This document shows positions 1 to 8,708 of a stretch of DNA of 54,618 nt, piece by piece. Location: positions 1 to 54,618 of the forward strand of contig MGSU01000066.1 in the NCBI GenBank assembly GCA_001799195.1, read 5' to 3'. How positions within the stretch are numbered: the first letter of the stretch is position 1; every line of letters starts with the position of its first letter. The notes beneath the pieces were generated by a model, which made no database searches, had not been told where the DNA came from, and saw only the letters and a program-made list of their open reading frames with translations. The DNA comes from Deltaproteobacteria bacterium RIFOXYA12_FULL_61_11 (GTDB lineage: Bacteria > Bdellovibrionota_F > JAHFAK01 > YA12-FULL-61-11). Made by a program: the position numbers and the translations under genes.

Positions 1-120
1 CTCCGCAACCGGCGAGAGCGGCAAGAGCGAGGGGCACTGTAAGGATCGACCGAAACAGACGACGGCCACGCATAGCGACTCCCCCATTGTTCCCAAGATC
101 ATGGAGGATGCACCCCTACC

Positions 121-1227
121 ATGGATTTCGCGTTGCGTCAAGTTGCCGACGCGGATGCGCGAATTGACAGACTCCCCACCGTCTCTTACTATTCACACGC
201 GATGAGACCCGCACCCACTCCGACAGTTCTTGAACCCCTGCCCACGACCCCGGTATCGGCCGCGCTGATACTTTTCCTCCTCGCCGCGCCGATCCAGATC
301 CTGACCTACTCGCTCTCCCTCCTAACCGGGGCTCGCTATGCCTGGTGGTTCCCCGACCTACCCTACCTCCTGCTCGGCGTGGCGCTGATCACCCTGACCC
401 TGGGTGGGAGCATGCAATTCGCTTTGTTCCTCGCGAAGCGCCTCCGTCGGTCACAGGATTATCAGCGACCGGGAACACGGCCGTATGGTTTTTCCGGTCT
501 GGGCTGGTGGCCTTTCTGGCTGCTCGGGGTGCTCGCCGTGCTCGTCTTGTACACGTCCAACATCGCTCTGCTCGGCCTGCAATTGCACCGGCTCGGGCAT
601 GGTCCCTACGATGCGCTGCTCTACGCGCTCGAGACCGGCTTGTTCGAGTACGTCCTCGCCTGGGCCCCACGCCCCGTTTTCTGGGAATTCTTCTACTCCC
701 TTGCCTGGTCCCTGTTCATCGGTGGCTATCTCCTCTCCGTCGTCGTCACCAGATCCCTGCCCTTAGCCACGCGTCACCTTGCCAGTTATCTCTTTTTCTA
801 CCAGTTAGGCCGTTATGCCGACCTGGTCTTCCCTGTGAGAGGTCCGGCCTTTCATCGACCGGAAGCCTTCCTCCATCTCCGAGGTTCTCTGACCGAGCAG
901 ACTATGCAATGGATTTCCGAACAACTCTTCGGCACTCTCACGCCCCAGGTCAGCGGGGTGCTCGTCGGAGGCATCTCGGCCATGCCCTCCCTCCACATGG
1001 GCATGCTTGCGTTGTTCACGCTCTGGTTGGCCCGGCTGTCCCGGAAAACCCTCTACGTCACCGTGCCCCTCCTTGGACTGGTCTGGACTTCGACGATCCT
1101 GCTGGGGTGGCACTACCTTCTCGACGGCGTGATCGGCATACCTCTGGCCCTTGGCTGCGAGAGGATCTCGAGTGCCCTGGTAGGAAAAATGGAACCGTGG
1201 TTCAGCAGAACACGACGATCGCGCTGA
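121..1227 (+). CDS. PAP2-superfamily integral membrane protein (PAP2_3-like)
   Basis: 368-aa ORF with multiple hydrophobic helices. C-terminal 'SAMPSLHMG' and 'GWHYLLDGVIG' resemble the PAP2 S-x-H and H-x3-D motifs. The competing ORF 345..1337 is Arg/Pro-rich off-frame junk. Confidence 0.55.
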   Translation: MDFALRQVADADARIDRLPTVSYYSHAMRPAPTPTVLEPLPTTPVSAALILFLLAAPIQILTYSLSLLTGARYAWWFPDLPYLLLGVALITLTLGGSMQFALFLAKRLRRSQDYQRPGTRPYGFSGLGWWPFWLLGVLAVLVLYTSNIALLGLQLHRLGHGPYDALLYALETGLFEYVLAWAPRPVFWEFFYSLAWSLFIGGYLLSVVVTRSLPLATRHLASYLFFYQLGRYADLVFPVRGPAFHRPEAFLHLRGSLTEQTMQWISEQLFGTLTPQVSGVLVGGISAMPSLHMGMLALFTLWLARLSRKTLYVTVPLLGLVWTSTILLGWHYLLDGVIGIPLALGCERISSALVGKMEPWFSRTRRSR

Positions 1228-1957
1228 CGTTGTCGTCACCACCCCCGGCGTTCGCAGCCAGCACCAGGGACTCGGTGATACTAGCCGGAGTTTCTCCCTC
1301 CAGCATCATCCGCAGCAGGACCTCGGCATCGACCTGATTGGTGAGTCCATCGGAACACAACAGATAGCGATCGCCGGGCAACCACGGCTCTTCGCGGAAG
1401 GGGATGTCGAGGTGCTCCTCGACCCCCAGGGCTCTCGTGATCACGCTCTTGTCCGGGAACTCGTCGAGCTCTGCCTGGGTCATCATCCTGCGTTTGCGCT
1501 CGTCGTTGAGCAGGGAGTGGTCCTCGGTGAGCACTTCGATGCGCCGGTCCCGCACCCGATAGACCCTGCTGTCTCCGAGGTGGGCGATCACGGCAGTCGT
1601 GGGGTCGAGCGCCAGGGCGACAATGGTCGTTCCCATGCCCTGCAGCCCCCTGCGTTCAGCCTGCGCGACAATGGCACTATTGGCAAGATGATAGCCGACG
1701 AAAAGTTGGTTCTGACGGTGGGAAAGCCCCGTTTGTTTCGGGAGGGGCCACGTGATCTCCCGATCCCCGGCCGTCAAACGCCAGAACTCGACCACCGTCT
1801 CCACCGCCACGCGGCTGGCCAAGGCTCCTCCGGCATGCCCGCCCATACCATCGGCCACGAGGTACAACCCGAGCAGATCGTCGTGGAAGATGCAGTCCTC
1901 ATTGGCCGCACGCTTCAAACCGCGATCGCTGAGTCCATGGGAACGCCGTTCAAGCAT
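1202..1957 (-). CDS. PP2C/PPM-family Ser/Thr protein phosphatase
   Basis: 251 aa with 'NEDC', 'VADGMGGHAGG', 'HLGDSR', 'LLCSDGL' and 'GGGDDNVSAIVV', the PPM metal-binding motif series. It is the last gene of the minus-strand Tad string; its start lies 3 nt after the stop of the upstream FHA gene. Confidence 0.9.
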   Translation of the reverse strand: MLERRSHGLSDRGLKRAANEDCIFHDDLLGLYLVADGMGGHAGGALASRVAVETVVEFWRLTAGDREITWPLPKQTGLSHRQNQLFVGYHLANSAIVAQAERRGLQGMGTTIVALALDPTTAVIAHLGDSRVYRVRDRRIEVLTEDHSLLNDERKRRMMTQAELDEFPDKSVITRALGVEEHLDIPFREEPWLPGDRYLLCSDGLTNQVDAEVLLRMMLEGETPASITESLVLAANAGGGDDNVSAIVVFC

Positions 1958-1960
1958 CGT

Positions 1961-4675
1961 TCATTCCAGCTTGGCCAGACGTTCGCTCACCTTCTTGTAC
2001 AGCTCGGCCGTGGGTTCGAGCAGTTTGAGGGCTTCGCGATAGTCTTGTTTTGCTGCCTCGTAATCGTTCAGGAACTCTTCCTTCAATCGGCCGTTGCGGT
2101 AGAAACCGTTGGCCTTGTCCAAGAGCAACCCATCGTACTCATTGAAACGTTTTTCCAGATCCTGGTTATCCGGATACTTCTGGCGCAGATCGGCGAGCAA
2201 CTTGCGCGCCTGCACGAAATCCCCGCCCTGCCACATCGCCTCGGCCTGGTTGATCTCGCGCTTGAGCAGGTCGTTGATCGAGGACTCCCACAATTCGATG
2301 TTCTTGGTGATGGTGGGGATGAAGCTGTTCTCCCGGGCATACTCGTTGTCGAGCAGCTTCCGCGAATAGGTGATGGCCGCGTGCAGGTCGCCGCTCTCCG
2401 CCGCTTCTTGGGCCTTGGCGAAGAAGTCGCTGAAGACCTTTTTCGATTCCTCGAGCGAACGATTCCGTTCTCCATCGGTCAATTCGTACTGGACCTTCTC
2501 GACCCATTCCCGGGCATCGCGGTTCTCGGGTTCGAGTTCGAGGACCCGTTGGAACATTTCCAGCGCCCCGACATAATCGGCCTGGCGGAATTGCTGTTCT
2601 CCCCGGGTCAGGAGGTCTTTGATCTCCTGCTTCTGGGTCAGCTCGTCCTTGAGCAGCCGTTGCTTCTCGGCAATCTCATTCTCCAGCAACACTCCGCAGT
2701 TCGCCCTGGAAAGATAGTCCTTGACGATGACGCTTGCGGGATCGAGTTTTTGCGCTTTCTCGAACTCGGTCCTGGCATCGAGATAGTTGCCGATCTCGAA
2801 CTTCTCCAGGCCGTGCTGGTAATACAGATCGAAACGGGTCCGCAACTCCCCCTGCAAGGAGGTCGCTCCTTGCGCCGTGGAAGCCCCGGGCCCTGCTCCA
2901 GTTTCTCCCTGACCCTGGCCCGGGGGCGCTCCGACGAAGGTATCGAGTATGGCATAGAGGAAGCCCAACCCCAGCAGGATGAAGAGCAGCCGCCGAGCCT
3001 TGGGACTGAGCATCCCCTTGCTCTGTGCTGCTTTCGCGGGAGAGGGCGATAAGGTCTTGGAGCCGCCCAACAATCCCTTGAGTTTTCCCAAGGGGTTGTT
3101 CCCCAGCGGGTTCGTTTCCAACGGAAAAGCGGTCGGAGGCGCCTGGGCCAGCGTGCGCTCCTCGTCGGGAGCTGCCGTTGGTGCGACTCGGGTGGAACCA
3201 TCGGTCCCGACCTCGAGCACGCGGACGAAGCGGAAAAGAAAGTCCCCGACCTGGACCTCGTCCCCGTCTCCGAGCAACGCTTTACGGACCTTCTGCTTGT
3301 TGATCTGGATACCGTTGGTACTGCCCATATCGACGATGTGGAATGCCCCGCCCGCGTGGAGAATCGCCGCGTGTTGGCGCGAACAACTCGTATGGGGGAT
3401 GACGACGTCGTTCTGGCTGGAACGGCCCAACACCGTCTTCTCCTTGATGATGCTGTGGCGTTTCCAGGGCAGCTTCCCATCGAGGCATTCCAGATAGGCT
3501 TCGGCCGCGAGCGCCACGACCTGGGTTGCCGCGCGATCGTCCGGTACTTCTGCGGGTTCACCGACGGGGAGGGCCGGGGGGCTCGGCGGTGGGAACTCGG
3601 GGAAGGACGGTTCTATCGGCGCGAACGTCGCGGTCGAGGAGGTAGGACCCTCGACAATCTTGCGCGTGTAGGCTTCGAGTTCGCCCACCGTGACTTTCTC
3701 GGTACCATCCTCGCGATCATCTCCCAGAGCTACGGTCCTGGCTGTTCCCGCTTCTGCACCGGTTGCCCTCGGCAAAGGAGCGGGACTATCGGACGTACCC
3801 CCGGCTCCCGGGTGGGAACCTTCGAGTCCATCGAGCGCCTGATCGATCAGTTTGTTGATCGAAACCCCGCTGTTCTTGGCCGGCGCAGGTGTTGGAGCAT
3901 CCTTGTCCTCGAGCACGATCAACGACGGATCTTCGGGAGGTACGGGGGTCTTGGTCGGCCCCGCCACTTTTTCCTTCCACTTGATGCTGTCCAACTCCAG
4001 GGAATCCCTGCGTTTCTTCGTCACCCGGGCACTGCCGTGGTCGATGTGGCGCAAGAAGGAGGGGTCGAGGGTCAAGTCGTCGTCGTCGTCTTCGACGTGG
4101 AGGACGAAATCCCGCCGCTGACCCTTCCGCTCTCCCTTCTCGGCCTTGCCTCCCGCAGCGGGTGTTGCGGGTTTCGGCCGGACCGTGGCCCGCTCCGGGA
4201 CCTCGACGTCTTCGGTCGGAGGAGGTTCAGGCGGCAGGATGCCGGTCTTTTCCTCCACCGGCTCCAGGGTCGCGGTCCGTTCGGCCCGCCTCGTCCTCCC
4301 GTGAGGTTCCTGCGGAGTCACGGTCTGCGGCGGTTCGATGGATGCGCCTGGCAGGGAGCGGGTCGTCTCCCGTTCCTCGGGGGGCTCGCAGGGGGGAGGA
4401 CTCTCGGGTGGGGCTTCGTTCTCACCAACTCGGGGTGCTACCGAGGCCTCGGAGGTGGCCGGCGGAGCGTCTGTCCCACCCCCACCGAGAAAATCGAGGT
4501 CCTCGCCGCGATAGGCCCGTTCCAGGGTGTCCTCGCCGACCGATGCTTCGCTCCGCTCGGCCTTCGGCTCCGCCGTCTGTTCGACGACCGAGACGGCCTC
4601 CGCATCGGTGCTCTCGCCGCCGAAGAGGTCCACCGAGGAATTCAGCCCTACCGGGTTGTCGTCGTCCTTGCCCAT
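1961..4675 (-). CDS. FHA domain - single TM - TPR repeat protein (904 aa) with long acidic Pro/Thr-rich N-terminal region
   Basis: FHA core 'TVLGRSSQNDVVIPHTSCSRQHAAILH...VDMGSTNGIQINKQKV...GDEVQVGDFLFRF'. One hydrophobic helix 'RRLLFILLGLGFLYAILDTFVGA'. The C-terminal ~300 aa contain TPR-like repeats ('YYQHGLEKFEIGNYLDARTEFEKAQKLDP', 'ALEMFQRVLELEPENRDA', and others). Confidence 0.85.
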   Translation of the reverse strand: MGKDDDNPVGLNSSVDLFGGESTDAEAVSVVEQTAEPKAERSEASVGEDTLERAYRGEDLDFLGGGGTDAPPATSEASVAPRVGENEAPPESPPPCEPPEERETTRSLPGASIEPPQTVTPQEPHGRTRRAERTATLEPVEEKTGILPPEPPPTEDVEVPERATVRPKPATPAAGGKAEKGERKGQRRDFVLHVEDDDDDLTLDPSFLRHIDHGSARVTKKRRDSLELDSIKWKEKVAGPTKTPVPPEDPSLIVLEDKDAPTPAPAKNSGVSINKLIDQALDGLEGSHPGAGGTSDSPAPLPRATGAEAGTARTVALGDDREDGTEKVTVGELEAYTRKIVEGPTSSTATFAPIEPSFPEFPPPSPPALPVGEPAEVPDDRAATQVVALAAEAYLECLDGKLPWKRHSIIKEKTVLGRSSQNDVVIPHTSCSRQHAAILHAGGAFHIVDMGSTNGIQINKQKVRKALLGDGDEVQVGDFLFRFVRVLEVGTDGSTRVAPTAAPDEERTLAQAPPTAFPLETNPLGNNPLGKLKGLLGGSKTLSPSPAKAAQSKGMLSPKARRLLFILLGLGFLYAILDTFVGAPPGQGQGETGAGPGASTAQGATSLQGELRTRFDLYYQHGLEKFEIGNYLDARTEFEKAQKLDPASVIVKDYLSRANCGVLLENEIAEKQRLLKDELTQKQEIKDLLTRGEQQFRQADYVGALEMFQRVLELEPENRDAREWVEKVQYELTDGERNRSLEESKKVFSDFFAKAQEAAESGDLHAAITYSRKLLDNEYARENSFIPTITKNIELWESSINDLLKREINQAEAMWQGGDFVQARKLLADLRQKYPDNQDLEKRFNEYDGLLLDKANGFYRNGRLKEEFLNDYEAAKQDYREALKLLEPTAELYKKVSERLAKLE

Positions 4676-4682
4676 GCTCCCT

Positions 4683-5606
4683 CTACCTGCGCATGGCCTG
4701 TTCTATCTGGGCGATACGCATCTTCGCCTGCAAATGCAGCGGATTGCGATCCTCGGGGAGGATCTGCAGGACGCGCTTGAAATCGACCAACGCGGCCGTG
4801 TACAACTTGGTGTCGAAGTGCAACATGCCCTGCCGGAAGACCTCCATGGCGTGGTCCTGGCGCGTGCGCACCCATTCCACCTTTTTGATCTTATAGAGGC
4901 TGTTGCCCGGATCGAGTCGGATGAGGGATTCGATGAGGTCCAGCGCCTGGTTCAATTTTCCCACATCATGGAGGTGGAGAGCACGGCGGAAGGTCGGCTC
5001 CTCTTCCTCCTTGGTGATGCGGATGAGCTCAAGCGGTTCGTAATCGATCTCTGCAGCTTCCATCCCCCCGGGGACGGCCGCGCCGGCAGGTACGGTTCCC
5101 GCGTCAGGGGGGGGATCCTCGGAGCGCAGCAAGGCATAGAGCAACAGGACTCCCAGACCACCGTACATGACCACGCGCTTAGCGTTGGCCCCGCCAAGGG
5201 AGAGCTTGGGGAGGGAGACCTTCGGCTTCGTCTGGGTGGACAGGCCGATCGTCCCGAGGTTTGCCGCCTGGTTCAGCCCGGTGACCCTGCTGGCCTGGGT
5301 TGCACCGCTCGGCTTCAGGGTGAGGAGAGAATCTCCGAACCGGACCACGACCCCCTCCCCGAGGAGGATCTCACCGACCCGCCGGTCTTCGACATACAGA
5401 CCATTGGTGCTGCCGAGATCGCGGAGCAGGACCCCCTCGGCCGTACGCCGCAGCTCGGCATGGTTACGGGAGAGGTTGCGATCATCGATGATAATGTCGT
5501 TGTCTTTGCCCCGGCCGATACGAATGCTGTCGCCGAGGACCTTGAACGTCTTGCCGGCGAGGGGTCCCTTGAGGAACTGGATGCGCTGGTCGGTGGCCAT
5601 GGCCAT
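4683..5606 (-). CDS. FHA domain - single TM - short TPR-like protein (307 aa)
   Basis: N-terminal FHA 'IRIGRGKDNDIIIDDRNLSRNHAELRR...LRDLGSTNGLYVEDRRV'. TM helix 'VVMYGGLGVLLLYALL'. C-terminal TPR-like helices 'ALDLIESLIRLDPGN' and 'AALVDFKRVLQILPEDRNP'. Confidence 0.85.
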   Translation of the reverse strand: MAMATDQRIQFLKGPLAGKTFKVLGDSIRIGRGKDNDIIIDDRNLSRNHAELRRTAEGVLLRDLGSTNGLYVEDRRVGEILLGEGVVVRFGDSLLTLKPSGATQASRVTGLNQAANLGTIGLSTQTKPKVSLPKLSLGGANAKRVVMYGGLGVLLLYALLRSEDPPPDAGTVPAGAAVPGGMEAAEIDYEPLELIRITKEEEEPTFRRALHLHDVGKLNQALDLIESLIRLDPGNSLYKIKKVEWVRTRQDHAMEVFRQGMLHFDTKLYTAALVDFKRVLQILPEDRNPLHLQAKMRIAQIEQAMRR

Positions 5607-5639
5607 GGCTGTCAGCCCCCCTCCTCTCCTCGTGCCCGC

Positions 5640-6521
5640 TCAGACGTCGATCCTGGTCACCTTGATGATCGCGAACATGCCCACACCGATCAAGGCCAGG
5701 GCGAGAATGGTCATGCCGATGCCGGGCAAGGTCGTGAACATCTTGATCATGGTCTCGGGTTGCATCATGTAGAAGGCGAGACCCAGGACTATCGGCAAGG
5801 TCGAGAGGGTCACCCCTTGGGCCATGCCCATGGAGGTCAGGGCCGAGATCTTGCCCTCGACTTTGCGTCTCCCCATGATCGTCGTATAGAGCGTGTCGAA
5901 GGTCTCGGTCAGATCGCCGCCGGTCTCCCGGAGGATGACGATGGAATTGACCATGATCGTCAGATCGCGGCTGAGTATTCTCGCTGCTAGGCTGTTGAAG
6001 GCCTCTTCCAGACTCGATCCGAGACGATGTTCTGCCAGCAAGAGTTTGAACTCCTGCGAGAGTGGAGCTCCGATCTCGTCGATCATGATCTGCAAAGCTT
6101 GGAGAAAGCTCAAACCGGCCTTGAGCGAACTGCCCATCAGGTTGAGTGCATCGGTAAGCTGCTCGTCGAACTTCTTGAGCCGCAATTTGTAGAGCACGGT
6201 CAGCAGCACCACCGGGGCGAACCACCCCAGCACGCCGAGCACCATGCCGAGAATCGCAGCCGGCAGGAGCCCACCCCCGAGGAGAATGATCGCGCTGAAG
6301 GAACCGAGGCCGAGCCCTATCGGGGGGCCATAGGAGAGAAGATAGACGTGGTTCTGCCCGTGCGGCAGGAAGAGTTTGTCGAGCATGGCGGCGAACCACT
6401 TCAGCCGGTGCTGGTAGCGTCGGAGGAGACGCTGCTCGACGGCATCGTAACGATCGAGGATCAGGAAGAAAATCGCCACCCCGGCGAGCGCCGGGATCAG
6501 GAACGCGAATCCTTGTTGCAT
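5640..6521 (-). CDS. Tad platform protein, type II secretion system F family (TadB/TadC-like)
   Basis: 293-aa polytopic membrane protein with a T2SSF-like cytoplasmic domain ('DALNLMGSSLKAGLSFLQALQIM...EFKLLLAEHRLGSSLEEAFNSLA'). It sits directly downstream of the ATPase gene. Confidence 0.85.
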   Translation of the reverse strand: MQQGFAFLIPALAGVAIFFLILDRYDAVEQRLLRRYQHRLKWFAAMLDKLFLPHGQNHVYLLSYGPPIGLGLGSFSAIILLGGGLLPAAILGMVLGVLGWFAPVVLLTVLYKLRLKKFDEQLTDALNLMGSSLKAGLSFLQALQIMIDEIGAPLSQEFKLLLAEHRLGSSLEEAFNSLAARILSRDLTIMVNSIVILRETGGDLTETFDTLYTTIMGRRKVEGKISALTSMGMAQGVTLSTLPIVLGLAFYMMQPETMIKMFTTLPGIGMTILALALIGVGMFAIIKVTRIDV

Positions 6522-6524
6522 CGC

Positions 6525-8708
6525 TCAGACCTCCATGCTGCCGGTGAAGATACCCTGAGGCAGCCGGATGCCCCGTTCCTTGAGCGACTGGACGAACTTG
6601 GGGATGAGGCCCGTGGCCTGGAACACCCCCTTGACCTGCCCCTTTGTATCTACACCGGTCTGTTTGTAGAGGAAGATGTCCTGCAAGGTGACCATCTGGG
6701 CCTCGATACCGGTGACCTCGGTGATGTGGGTAATCCGTCGGGAACCGTCGGAGAGCCGGTTGAGCTGGATGATCATGTCCACGGCCGACGCGATCTGTTC
6801 GCGGATGGCCTTGGAGGGAAGATCGTACCCAGCGAACATGACGAGGGTTTCTAACCGCTGGATGCAATCGCGCGGATTGTTGGAGTGCAGCGTGGTCAAG
6901 GAACCGTCGTGCCCGGTATTCATGGCCTGGAGCATGTCCAGGGCCTCGGCCCCCCGGCATTCGCCGACCACGATGCGGTCCGGTCTCATGCGCAACGAGT
7001 TGCGGACCAAATCGCGGATCGAGACCTCACCCTCGCCCTGCAGGTTGGGCGGCCGGGTCTCCAGGATGACGACGTGCTCCTGGGGGAGTTGCAGTTCGGC
7101 CGAGTCCTCGACCGTAACGATGCGTTCGGTGCTGGGGATGAACCCGGCGACGATGTTGAGCAGCGTGGTTTTCCCGGTGCCGGTGCCGCCGGAGATGACG
7201 CAGTTCAACCTCGACTCGATCACCGCGCGCAGGAAGTCGGCCATCTGCTCGGTGAAGGTGCCGTACTTGACCAAATCGCGATAGGTCAGCCGCTCTTTCT
7301 TGAACTTACGGATGGTCACCACGGCGCCGCGCAGAGCCAGCGGCGGGATGATGGCGTGTACCCGCGAACCGTCCTTGAGTCGGCTGTCCACGTAGGGGGA
7401 CTTCTCGTCGATCCGCCGGCCGGTGGGCTGGACGATGCGGTCGATGACCCCGCGCAAGTGCTTGTCCGAGGTAAAGCGCAGGTTGGTCAGGAGCAGTTTT
7501 CCGCCCTTCTCGACATAGAGCTGGTCCTTGCGATTCACCATGATCTCGTTGATGTCCGGATCGGCGATGAGGTCCTCGAGCGGCCCGAGGCCGAGGGCCT
7601 CGTCCAGGACTTCCTTGGCGTAGCGCTTGCGCTCGGCCAGATCGAGGCTGGTGCCGAGTTCATCGATGATCCGGTTGATCACGGCTCGGGTGCGATCCCA
7701 CAGCTCGGCGACCTTCTTCTCGTCCTTGGCGGCTTCCGCCTCGGTCTCGATCTTCTTGAGGTCCATGAGTTCGATCAGCCGACGGTGGACCCGCAGCTTG
7801 AATTCGGTCTCGCGGTCGAACTCTTCCTTGCTCTGGAGCTTGAATAAATCGGCCGTGCTGCCGGAACCCGCGCCCATCTCCAAACCCGCCAGAGAACGGT
7901 TGAGCAAACGGAGCGTGGCGAGGTCGATTCCGTCTTCCGGGTTCGGTTGCCGCAACTTGCGCAAGACCGAATCCTTGAGCAGGAAGGCGGAGAGCTGGTT
8001 GATGCAGGCCGTGAACTGCGATCGCGGCTGCGAGAGCACGGCGGGGCTGGCATCATAGAGCGACTTCTCCACAGGCCCGGGTTCGAAGGGAATGGTCAGG
8101 AGCACCTCTTTTTGCAGTTTCTTGCCGACAATGGCCGGATCGATCGCCCCCCCGTGCTGATAGCGGTTGAAGATGATGTTGATGATGTTCTTGGAGAGCT
8201 GGGCGGCCTGGAAATCGGCCAACCTGGCCGGTGCCTCGTTGAGGACCATGACCTCGGGGCTGACCAGGAAGAAGATCAGCGAACTCAGCTCGTAGGCCTT
8301 GAGGTTGAAGGCCGTAAAGGTCGCGCCGGCGTCCAGGAAGATGAACCTGAAGCGCGTACGGAGATACTTGAAGAAGGGCCCCAGCAGACTCTGGTCCAGT
8401 TGGTCCAGCTCGCGGGGAGTATCGTACAGTTTCAGCACGTGACAACGGCCGGCGGGATGCGTGGTGATGCCCGCGGCGATGCGGCCGTGGTCGGCCCCTT
8501 TCATGTTGCCGATGAGCGAGGCGATCGTGGCCACCCGGTCCATGCCCAAGACCTGCTGCCCATCCCCGCAGTGGTCGAGGTCCAGGTCGAGATAGAGCAC
8601 CGGGTCCGAGACTTCACGTTGCACCGAGATGGCCAGGTTCACACAGAAGGTGGTCTTGCCCAGTCCGTCGCGGGAGCCGCCGATGGCGACGAAGACCCCC
8701 GGATTCAT
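6525..8708 (-). CDS. cpaF: Fusion of a CpaE/TadZ-like ParA/MinD domain (N-term ~260 aa) to a CpaF/TadA secretion ATPase
   Basis: N-terminus has 'VAIGGSRDGLGKTTFCVNLA', a degenerate deviant Walker A (compare KGGVGKTT). C-terminal half has the T2SE/CpaF Walker A 'VISGGTGTGKTTLLN', 'RIVVGECRGAEALDMLQAMNTGHDGSLTTLHSN' and other ATPase boxes. At 727 aa it is far longer than a stand-alone CpaF. ATGA overlap with the secretin stop at 8705-8708. Confidence 0.9.
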   Translation of the reverse strand: MNPGVFVAIGGSRDGLGKTTFCVNLAISVQREVSDPVLYLDLDLDHCGDGQQVLGMDRVATIASLIGNMKGADHGRIAAGITTHPAGRCHVLKLYDTPRELDQLDQSLLGPFFKYLRTRFRFIFLDAGATFTAFNLKAYELSSLIFFLVSPEVMVLNEAPARLADFQAAQLSKNIINIIFNRYQHGGAIDPAIVGKKLQKEVLLTIPFEPGPVEKSLYDASPAVLSQPRSQFTACINQLSAFLLKDSVLRKLRQPNPEDGIDLATLRLLNRSLAGLEMGAGSGSTADLFKLQSKEEFDRETEFKLRVHRRLIELMDLKKIETEAEAAKDEKKVAELWDRTRAVINRIIDELGTSLDLAERKRYAKEVLDEALGLGPLEDLIADPDINEIMVNRKDQLYVEKGGKLLLTNLRFTSDKHLRGVIDRIVQPTGRRIDEKSPYVDSRLKDGSRVHAIIPPLALRGAVVTIRKFKKERLTYRDLVKYGTFTEQMADFLRAVIESRLNCVISGGTGTGKTTLLNIVAGFIPSTERIVTVEDSAELQLPQEHVVILETRPPNLQGEGEVSIRDLVRNSLRMRPDRIVVGECRGAEALDMLQAMNTGHDGSLTTLHSNNPRDCIQRLETLVMFAGYDLPSKAIREQIASAVDMIIQLNRLSDGSRRITHITEVTGIEAQMVTLQDIFLYKQTGVDTKGQVKGVFQATGLIPKFVQSLKERGIRLPQGIFTGSMEV

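Noticed and set aside
1412-3052. Long antisense or off-frame ORFs across the window. Examples are 1412..3052 (546 aa), 3338..4780, 4527..5990, 5482..6960, 8708..10246, 11694..13022, 15097..16125, 26783..28249, 28404..29597, 42201..43241, 42262..43227, 49203..50456 and 50626..51774.
   Set aside because: Each lies opposite to, or out of frame with, a gene that has clear family motifs. Their translations are Arg/Pro/Gly/Ala-rich low-complexity sequence typical of non-coding frames in high-GC DNA. No motifs were recognised in them.
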